A DNA stretch of 61,553 nt, counting the filler, from Choristocarpus tenellus KU-1152 (Eukaryota; Protista; Phaeophyceae), in assembly GCA_964200185.2 (NCBI GenBank). It is 11 parts of 11 records of this genome, joined end to end, with 100 filler letters (N's around TTAATTAATTAA, not from the genome) between each part and the next. Parts side by side here need not be neighbours in the genome. Positions count along the whole stretch, not along the records: positions 47,257 to 50,900 come from CAXNAD020018773.1; positions 51,001 to 54,142 come from CAXNAD020022014.1; positions 54,243 to 57,754 come from CAXNAD020019530.1; 8 more parts are not named here. One strand, 5' to 3'. Below, one piece after another: positions 48,169 to 57,754 of this stretch. A program made the position numbers and the translations under genes. How positions within the stretch are numbered: position 1 is the stretch's first letter; the number at the start of each line of letters is the position of its first letter. Below the pieces are notes generated by a model, which was not told the DNA's origin, did not search any database, and saw only the letters and a list, made by a program, of their open reading frames with translations.

Positions 48169-50532
48169 ATGAAGATCAGTTCTCTAGCCATACTGGGACT
48201 CCTTGGACTCACTGACGCCTACGCTACCTTACACCTCGCTGAAGATGAAAATGCCCATCGCAGAGGATTCCATATGTCGGTGAGGACACCTATCACTTAT
48301 AAGCTCATGTTTGTTAACCTATCAACTTCTCCAGGTCACAGCTGATAGGTCTGTGCAGTGATTGTGTTGTTCCCCTACTAATAGTGGTATACCTTGTTAA
48401 TCATCGAGACACGACTGTCTGCCCTGGCGAAACATTGGTGTATCAATATTCGACAAGCCTTACACCATACGCCCCTTGCTGGCATCTAAATTATCCTAAG
48501 CAACGCCCTTTCCTCTGGAACCCTGCACTTTTCCGCTCCGGTCGGTGCTTCAATTACGGCGGAAACTGCATATCTAACTGCTGCAAATCACAAGGACTAC
48601 GATCGCGCTGACCACGATCGTCTGCTGACAGTGAGCTTGCTCTACCTCATTACTCTTTCCCTACTCCGAAAAGTTCTTATAGCATAGATAACTTTAGAGA
48701 ATAGAGTGTGGGACACGATAAAATAACCCTGATTTTGTCGGCAAATGGGAATAAGATGTGTGGTCAAAATTTCGAACAACGAGATGCGACCTGCTGCTTT
48801 TACGTGCTTGAAGGAGAACCCTTGCTGGTATTGCAGAGAACTTAGTATAGCATAGGTCTGCCCAACAACTGCCGCAAGTAGCCGCTGCAGAAGGAGCAAG
48901 CCAGGCATGGGGCTCAAAGTATCTGGGGGGGGGTTGCAGCAGTCCATTTGGGTTCAATTTTTCATGTCGCGATTTTTGGTTGATTTGGTTGCATGCGTTG
49001 GATGGATAATGTAAATGCACTTTTCCTGATTTTGACCCAAATGGACACCCTGGTGTGGCACCCCCCCCCCCAGATACTTTGGGTCATGAGGGATCTCCAA
49101 TAGTTTGTTGTCAGTAGCATATCGTGACTCAATACGCTCCTTTCGATGTTCCTGTCGGGACTGATCACTACGTGTTATTGATCTACTGCCTAACGTACAG
49201 GACTACGATGACGACAATAACCATAAGAGGAAGGACAAGGACAAAAATAGGGGCCACAAAAGAAAGGAGATAGATGACGAGAAGGACCGCAAGAGGAAGG
49301 ACAAGTACAAGGACGACGACAAGGGACGCAAGCGGAAGGATAAGGACAACTACCATGCCCGTGCCTTGTCGGTGTGAATGCCTTGGTTGTGCCATTACAT
49401 GCATGGACCGAAGCACATCTTTTCCCTCGATTGTGCCCAGTATTAGTTACAGTAGTTTACATAGGGTACTGCTGAGCAAATACAACTTTAATTTAGACCG
49501 ACCCTACATTTCTAGTGCCCTACACCTATTACTATACTTTCCTTTCACATACTCTTTGCACGAAGGCTTATACATGTGAGTCGATGCCATAGTTGGTGCA
49601 TCACAAGAGCAGTGTATGAAATGACTACTTCAGTCATTAGCTCATTGGCAGTATCTACAGTAACTCACCATCTCAATGTTTATGTTGATAGATGTTGACA
49701 TGCTCCTCCACTAAACTTGCCTGTTTCAAAATGATATCCACACAGGACTACAGGGATAGGTCCTACGAGGATAAGGACGATAACAAAAACCACAAGAGAA
49801 AGGACAATAGCGACGACAAGGACTTCAAGAGGAAGGATAGGGACGACGACATGGGCCACAACCAGAACAACAAGGCCAACGACAAGTACCATGGCCGTGC
49901 CCTGTCGGTGAGGATTCTTACTCGCACCATGATTAAATACACCTTTGCACACAAAAGCTTGAGTTCGATTGTTCCCAAGTGCGACTACTTCAGAGTAATT
50001 GTTACTCCTGTACCGCATTGTGTCTACTGTGGTGATCATGCTGCTTCTACTAGTGGTACAATTCACACCATGTCCCTCTTGCGATGCTGTGCAACCTCAA
50101 ACACCGCCCTTTATGTTGGAACGCCCATTGCACTTTCTCCACACTGTTCGGTATTCATTTCCCCCCTGGACAAAACCCTTGAACTGCTGGAATCATTAGG
50201 ACTACGACCAGACGGTGAGCTTGGCTTGGTGTGATTAATTATTCTATTGTACCGGAAGTAGTGACACACAAGACCTATACTCTGGTCCACCAATTGTTAA
50301 GAGTAGTAGACTAATATTGCCTAGTCCATAATATGATGGGGGTTAATAGTCTCTTATTTATTAGGGCATAATACCATTCATTGTCTCTCTTGCGATATCC
50401 AATGCCAAAGCGTGAACCTTCTTTCCGCTGGAACCTTGCACTTGGCTCGTTGCTTCTATTCCTTCTGCAAACTGCCTCAACCACTGCAACCACAAGGGCT
50501 ATTACCGCGCTGACAACCATCGTCTACTGATG
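48169..50532 (+). CDS. Secreted modular precursor: signal peptide plus repeated phase-0 exons (DY...RxLx); 3' partial
   Basis: Exons 48169-48279 MKISSLAILGLLGLTDAYATLHLAEDENAHRRGFHMS; 48595-48630 DYDRADHDRLLT; 49201-49371 DYDDDNNHKRKD...NYHARALS; 49746-49907 DYRDRSYED...KYHGRALS; 50200-50214 DYDQT; 50497-50532 GYYRADNHRLLM. All have AG|...|GTGAG or GTGTG ends and lengths 111/36/171/162/15/36. CTAAC branch sites precede exons 2 and 3. Confidence 0.75.
48911..49085 (-). mobile_element. MITE family B in intron 2 of the secreted-precursor gene
   Basis: GGCTCAAAGTATCTG(G)n...(C)nAGATACTTTGGGTC; flanks ATGG/ATGA. Confidence 0.92.
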
Positions 50533-51052
50533 GTGAGCTTCCTTCAGCACCTTCCTCTTCTTACTATTAGTAACAGAAAACTGTGAACTCTGAAGTACTG
50601 TTGTTGTGTGGTGAGTATAATTCTTCTCTTACTACTATTGATAGCATTAGTCAAACCCATATAATATTATGTATACTTCGTTATGTACACAAAAACAGAT
50701 ACATTCCTGTCCTTTTATTTATCTACTTTTAATTAATATAGAGGGGTACTTTGAGATGTATGATAATGTGTACTTTGATACAGTTTTCAGGAGACGAATG
50801 AATCACCATCTAAAAAATACATTTACAACTGTGTACAGTACCTACCCCGATTTTGTTCATCCATGGGTATGCCCTAAAAAAGCGGCACACAATCTATATG
50901 NNNNNNNNNNNNNNNNNNNNNNNNNNNNNNNNNNNNNNNNNNNNTTAATTAATTAANNNNNNNNNNNNNNNNNNNNNNNNNNNNNNNNNNNNNNNNNNNN
51001 GGGGGGGGGGGAGGGAGGGCAGGGGGCGGGAGGGCGGGGGGGGGGGTGTTGT

Positions 51053-51089
<37 letters not shown>

Positions 51090-51666
51090 AGTCTTCCTCT
51101 ACCTACTTCCCTTTGTTAAATTGCCACACCGTTTTTTCTTGAATTGGAAGCAAAGGCGAAAGGTATTTTATTAGATCGACCCTGTGCACATTGCTACACA
51201 ACAAGGCAAATATGTGGTTCTAGAGTGTTTCTGGTTCGACACCCTCACTGCAAACAGATTCCAGAGAGTTCTTTGATGGGTGTTGTGCGATATGTTGTTC
51301 ATTTTTTTCCGCAAAAGACGTTGAGACATCATATGGCAACATCATAGTTGAGTAATAACGAAGTCGTTAACATGTGGTTGTACATGTTTTAATATGCCCA
51401 ATTTGTGACCATTACAACCCTTTTTCATGAAAAATATCCATGGATTGTCAGGGTTTGAACGACCAAATTCATCATTATTATTAACCGAATGCGAAACAGT
51501 CAAGAATATCACACGAATTTGAGCTCTAAAAACCTTCGCCTTAAAACGGGTTACCTACTATGTATTTGAGAATCAAGTCCTACCAGAATAATAAACCAAC
51601 CCATACGAATAATTGACTCATTCTTTCTTCTCGTATGTACTGTAAATATATATCATCAGAGCTTTT

Positions 51667-51816
51667 AACAGCAGATTCCAAAAATTGAGGATGGAGCTTT
51701 TCATTGAGGATGAGCTTGACCCAAAATTGACTGGGATAAAGTGTCGATATATATATATTTTTTCAATGTACATCCTCAATGAAAAGCTCCATCCTCAATT
51801 TTTGGAAAATGCTGTT
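51667..51816. mobile_element. Foldback/MITE-like element with perfect 37-bp inverted repeat
   Basis: 51676-51712 is the exact reverse complement of 51771-51807; it extends to AACAGCA/TGCTGTT with 2 mismatches. Confidence 0.8.
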
Positions 51817-51920
51817 TTTTGAGCAAAATGAAATAGACTATGGTATTTGTTTTGCTCACAAATTCTGGATTATTATTATTATTTGCTTATTCCTTGTTTG
51901 TCATTCCTCTATTCTCCGTT

Positions 51921-52158
51921 CCCCATTTGATGACCAACCATTGCTAATAATGCACTTGGTCAATGATTGCCAGCCATCCCGCACATTCGATGACCAACCA
52001 GTGCAAATGCCCTTCGTCAATGATTGCCAGCCATTCCCCACATTTGATGACCAACCAGTGTGAATGCCTTTCGTCACTGATTGCCAGCCATCCCCCACAT
52101 TTGATGACCAACCAGTGCGAATGCCCTTTGTCACTGATTGCCAGTCATCCCCAACCTT
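51921..52158. repeat. 57-60-bp minisatellite x4 (frame-preserving: MPFVTDCQPSPTFDDQPV)
   Basis: GATGACCAACCA recurs at 51929, 51989, 52046 and 52103. Confidence 0.92.
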
Positions 52159-53269
52159 TCAGCCCCACACAAGTTACCACTCCCCTCAACCCCACAACAG
52201 TTCCTACACCTCTCAACACCACTCCACAGTCATCCAAGAACACCCCTTCATGATCCTCTTTAGACCGTGCCTTTGAGCTAGAAGACTTCTACCCCGCCGT
52301 AACTTGACCTCCCCCCCCACCCCTCTCCCAGTGTTCCCGTCAGTCGTGAGCAAGTGAAAGGGTGGGTGGGTGGGAGGGCTTGCTCGGAGGTTGCCTTGGT
52401 CTCCCCTCCTCATCCTGTACCCCTGATTCTCAGCCTTCTTATTACTTACTGAACTCTGCTCCTATCCTTTCCCTGCCACTCGTTTCTATTTAACTTTTCT
52501 CCCCTTCCCTACCTATTCGTTCTCTTCCTGCTTCCTTCTTTTTCTTTGTCCCCAGCCAACCAGAATTCTTCCGCCCACAAAACTCAGATTACTTCATACA
52601 CTTTCACTTTTGTGCAAGGGCGATAAGAAAATACACCATGAAATCAGATTGCACAAAATGAAACTATCAAAAAGAAAAATTGTATAAAACAAGAAACGCC
52701 ACCCGAAGGTGACCAGCAAATCCAAACCATCTTCACCAGGGTTAGTGGGCGCCCCATGTCGAAAGAGCAGTCTGCTATAGTCCGTGTTAGCTCCCGACCC
52801 TTCCCCGGACATTCCCCAGTGGATTGAGCAATAATGGAGGTAGGTCTTTGTCGGAATATCGCTCGCCCTGTCTGTGGCTAAAGCAAGTGGGGATCGAAGC
52901 ACAGGCTGGGGAGCGGATGTGACTGGTCGAACGGGTTTTGATGCATTGCTTTTTGGAATGAACGAGTTTCCTATTTCGCAGGAACCGAAGCAGGTTGTTT
53001 GTTTAAGGCAGCACAAACAGTGGGCGAGGAGTTCTGGGTTAAAACAGGTTGAAAGCATCGGTGCGAGGGTTATCAGTACACTGACGACAACCCTTGATGT
53101 GGCAGCGAAGTTTGGCTTGATACCTCATCGCACATGGACGTCCTGTTCTGGCGAGGTAGTCCTAGTTCCTGACTAATAATCGGGGTTTCGATTGAGTCAG
53201 CGAAACGGTATGACATGCAAGCAAACAGAACACGCTCATCTAATCTCCCATGGTACCCAAACCATTGTG

Positions 53270-53990
53270 AGTTTTGTCCTTGTACAATGCAACTTTTGTA
53301 GCATTTTGGTTGGCTAAAACAAATGTGAATTGGTCTCTTCCATTGGACAATTCCTCTATGAGATCATCAAACTTTGAGTGTTGCTCTGAGGGTTTTACTG
53401 AGACCATAATGTTTTTTCACTATTGTTTCGAACTAGAAATGAGAAATTTCATCACATTTTATAATGAAAAATACTATACTGGCACCAGTAGCTTCGCCCT
53501 GCGGGTTCGTCCCGTCATAACTTTTGATGTAGACATCTGATTAAAAAATAAAAGTATAGTCGAGATGCCCGTCAAAATACCCTCCAGAGTACGGGCTTTA
53601 TTTTTTTTCGCCATTTTTTTCTTTTTTTGAAGAAAGACCGGTTATATTGACACCAAGAGTGGCAACAGATACACTATTACTACTTGATTGAAGTATAGGG
53701 TTTAGACAGGAAAAAGTCTCCCCACCCTTTCTTCCTGTTGTGTGTTCGCGCACCCACTCTTTGACCTCGGCAAGGATGTCCTCGTCGAGGTCCAAAACGA
53801 AACGCCTCTCATAGCACACTTGCTCAGATACCTTGATGTGACCCTTAGTTAGGAAGTCTCTCTCCCATTTTAAATTTTACTCACAGTTTTCCGCCCTGAC
53901 CATCGTAAATCCTGCTGCCATCTTGAGCGCCTTTTGACGGTCTTTCCCGTCATTCATACACAGGTACAGGATTCGTAGTGTTAGAGCCTT
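53270..53990 (-). pseudogene. Decayed IS630/Tc1/mariner-type transposase N-terminal half (YxDGHER-type family)
   Basis: KWERDFLTKGHIKVSEQ...LDEDILAEVKEWVRE followed by GYFDGH; stops and frameshifts; catalytic core not seen. Confidence 0.5.
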
Positions 53991-54071
53991 TACTATCACA
54001 TTTCCTCGTTGAGTGACAGAAATGGGTTACCTATTTTCGGGATTCAGAGCCCTTGTAGCCCAACCCTAACA

Positions 54072-54142
54072 GACCCAAAGTATCTGGGGGGGGGGAGTGT
54101 CTACACCAGGTTGTACATTTGGGCCAAAAACAGGAAAAGTGA
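54072..54142 (+). mobile_element. MITE family B, cut by contig end
   Basis: GACCCAAAGTATCT(G)nAGTGTCTACACCAGG. Confidence 0.85.
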
Positions 54143-56414
54143 NNNNNNNNNNNNNNNNNNNNNNNNNNNNNNNNNNNNNNNNNNNNTTAATTAATTAANN
54201 NNNNNNNNNNNNNNNNNNNNNNNNNNNNNNNNNNNNNNNNNNTTGCCTGATCTCATCTCCTTGAGGCTTGCAGGTTCCGTGTATGGGTACCAGTCACTTG
54301 GTTGTCAGGCTTTTCGACACAATGGATCCAAGCTGGTTCCCACTTGCAGAGGTTACGATACCAATCCCATCGAGTCAGAGAGATGGCATACAATACCTCT
54401 CGGACAAACAAAACCAGGGGAGTTTGCTATTACGTTCCATACTCACAACAACGCCAGCATCATAGAGAGCTTGAACTGCAGTTTGGCCTATTGCAGCTAT
54501 CAAGAGGTGTAGAGCTCTATATTCACCGGTCAAGGTGTGGAAGGCGAATCCATGCCAGGTCGAGGAGCTACCTACAGTTGTATCGTGACCTAGCCTTGTT
54601 GTAGTATTTGCTACACCACAACCATCAAGATCCCCCTCTTCTCCCCTCCCCTCTCTTCCCTTTGTCTTCACTCGCCTATTTTGTTCATATACCAGACGGC
54701 CTGGGCCTGGCAGCGTTTGCAAGCAGGAGAAGCCTGCATCCTTGTGGTTATGAAAGACCTGGCAAGGGCCCCAATCAGTGATCCCCCTGAGGGTGCACAC
54801 AACAGCATGTGATATCACCATGTCCACGCATATGGGCAAATAAGTTGAACCTGGCTCTGACGTTCACAATGTTTGCCCATGTTATTCTGTTGCTCCTTGC
54901 ATCAGCCACCCTGAGTTGTGGTGAGGGAAAGTGTGGAATCACTACTATCGGTAATGTGGCCTTGCCCACTGCAACCCAGCCGGCTGGTGAGAAGCTGCTG
55001 GTGCTGCTGGCCGTGCCGCTGAACGAAGGAAGTGTGAGAAGCGCACGACTTCTCCGTTTGTAATATGGGGTGGAGGTTGATTGTGGTGAGTTACAAGGAA
55101 GAAGTACTAAACAAACCTATTGTTATACCGAGTGCATATATATTTATATGTATCTCCGTGTGTGTTTGCGTATGCACATACATACTCAGTATGTATCGTT
55201 TCCATCTGACTGGTTATATATTAGGACTGAGATGGGGGAAAGGGGATGACGAGAACCATGGGTAGCAACAGGAGTCGTATCCGTGCCTGCAACCAGTTGC
55301 TCGACCGCTTGGTTGCTCACGATAATTGTTTTGTTTATTTTGTTGGAAAGGCAAGAGGTATTCGCAACAGGGGTAGCAATACCCTGCCTGCTCTATATTA
55401 TTCTGGAGCGAGCTTGTCTCAATTCCCTTATCCATCACTGTGCTTCAGTTATCCCTACCTACCCCCTCAAAAACTACACAGACTACACAAGCTGTCTTTT
55501 TTCCTTTGGAACGGGGGAGCAAATGTGTTCTCCAGTATCTCATTGAATATGCTGTACCCTCATGTACCTAATGCTTGATTGTATTCCTTCCCACCCACCT
55601 GCTATTATCCTTATCGCTCCCATGGCAAGTCAAACGTGGAGAAAGGAGAGTCAGAAGGCCACTCGCTCCAACTCACCAGCTACAGAAGTTATGATATTCA
55701 GTCTTGATAAGGCCTCTGTCAAACCGTCAAGGGCTGTTATGGCTAGGGGCGTATCAAGTGTACCTCCATTGTCCAAGGAGGGAGAAGAAGGAAAGAAGAA
55801 AACATAAGGGAAGACTGCAAGAGGAGGTGGGGGTCATGGTAGGAATTCTACGACTTGGAGTTAATCTTCTGGTTCAATGCGTACATAAAGATTCTACAGA
55901 GTTAATTCCTTCTCGATTTCTTTGGTGTAATGGCAATATATAGAGAGCATATGTCTACTGAACATGAAAACAGTACATGCCAAGTACATGTTTTCTTTTG
56001 AAGCTTTGTCGGTAGAGTGCTAAAATGCTGTTTGATATGCGTTCGTAGGGGATTTAGTGGTGCAGTACACAGGGGAACCACCCCCTCTTCGGGAGCCACT
56101 ACTAATATTTTTCACTTCTTCACACGCCTTTTTCGAGAACGTAACCCTAATCCTAACCCTCACCGTAACTCCGACCCTAACCCTGACCTGTGTGCGAAAC
56201 TAACCCCTAACATTTGTTTGAAGAAGTGAAAAAGGTATGACAGCGGTGGTTGCCCAACACAGGGGTTCCCCTGTGCACCTCAGTGGTCTATCGAGAGTAT
56301 GACAAATGATCAAGATCGGCAGTGACCACCAGATTGTTTCTATCTTGTTTATGGGCAGCATACTCACAGCACGGGATGCCATCTTTTTGTTGACTCTCAG
56401 AATGTACGAGTTGT

Positions 56415-56668
56415 GAGTCAAAGTATCTTAGAGGGTAGAGCCGCGTCCATTTGGGGGCCAAAATCCAATGTTGCGATATTGACGTGCTTTTGTTTATCTT
56501 GTTTGTTAAGAGGTGTCAATATCCTTGTTTTGGATCCATCTTTCATATCGTATAGATTTTACCTAAAACATTTTGGAGTAGGAAAATGTCATTAAAAAGC
56601 CGTGGGAAGCCAACCCCGAAATGGACAAAACCAGGGCAAACGTCATACACTCTAAGATACTTTCTCTC
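56415..56668 (+). mobile_element. MITE family A, full copy
   Basis: GAGTCAAAGTATCTTAGAGGGTA...CTAAGATACTTTCTCTC; TSD TGT. Confidence 0.92.
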
Positions 56669-57317
56669 TGTGATAGATATGTGGAGAGAGGTTTGACTGG
56701 ACCCAGTCTAGCAACACGGGATAGATAGTGCCCATTTGTATCCTGGGGTGCCTTGTGATGCACTGTGATGCAGTGGTTCGTTGCCCTTGCTTGTAGTAGT
56801 GATATACACTTGGGAAGTATGACACACTGTAAAGGTTGCCTCCAGCTATCCAGCCAAGACTGGTCTGGTCTGCTGCACGTGAACACCCTGATAAACAACC
56901 TATCCCCCTCAAGCGATGACTTCAAAAGAGGATCAATACATCATCAGCGGTAGGCTGCTGACAAGAGCGAACAAGAATCTTGTCCCTCTCCATAGCGCCT
57001 TCACACTTGCTTGTTCAAGAGGGGTATGTTGTAGGTCATTACACCACACAATTCCTTGGCCTAACGATGTTGGAATCTGATTCGGCCTCTGTTTGTGTCT
57101 CATTCATTACCTCGGATACTTGTATTTCGACAAGTGGTGAATACCCAGATATCTTTGCTTTTGGCTTATAGGGGACCTATCTTATCCTTTTCTACTGGAA
57201 AGGGATGAATCTTCTGAATTCAGTAGTATGGTGCTTGATGGGGAGGTATCATCCGCTTCCTGAGCACTTACATGCCTACCTATCTGCTTGCTCTGCTGCT
57301 TCTCATCACCAGTATCA

Positions 57318-57462
57318 GATTCAAAGTATCTTAAAGGGTAGAGCCGCGTCCGTTTGGTGCCCAAAGTACAATGTTGCGATTTTGATGTAATTTTGGCGTT
57401 GTGTTTGTTAGGAGGTGTCAATATCCTTGTTACGGACACACATTTCCATAACGTACACCTTT
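57318..57462 (+). mobile_element. MITE family A, 3'-truncated
   Basis: GATTCAAAGTATCTTAAAGGGTAGAGCCGCGTCC...; similarity ends near 57462. Confidence 0.85.
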
Positions 57463-57576
57463 TCCTTTTCTTGCACTGGACTGTCTGCCGTGATGTGGTG
57501 GCCAACCACCTTTTTATCGTTAGCCGACAGAGCCCGGCCTTAGGTGGGGGGGTGATGTGACAGACAGGTCCCATTG

Positions 57577-57754
57577 GACCCGAAGTATCTGAGGGGGCGG
57601 GCGGGTCTACACCAGGGTATCCATTTCGGGCGAAATCAGGAAAAGTGCATTTACATCATCCATGTGAAGTATGCAACCAATTCACCCAAAAATCGCGACA
57701 TGAAAAATTTGGCCCCAAATGGACAGCCAACAAACCCACGCCCCCCCCCCCCAC
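57577..57754 (+). mobile_element. MITE family B, cut by contig end
   Basis: GACCCGAAGTATCTG...CCCCAAATGGACAGCC...(C)n. Confidence 0.85.

Noticed and set aside
49300-49325. DKYKDDDK resembling a FLAG tag (DYKDDDDK)
   Set aside because: Not an exact match and part of a natural K/D-rich periodic exon; no vector sequence nearby.
54243-57300. Several 60-150-aa ORFs as genes (likewise 14.0-15.8 kb and 40.4-43.2 kb)
   Set aside because: No recognisable domain or consistent splice model; probably decayed mobile-element sequence that I could not classify.
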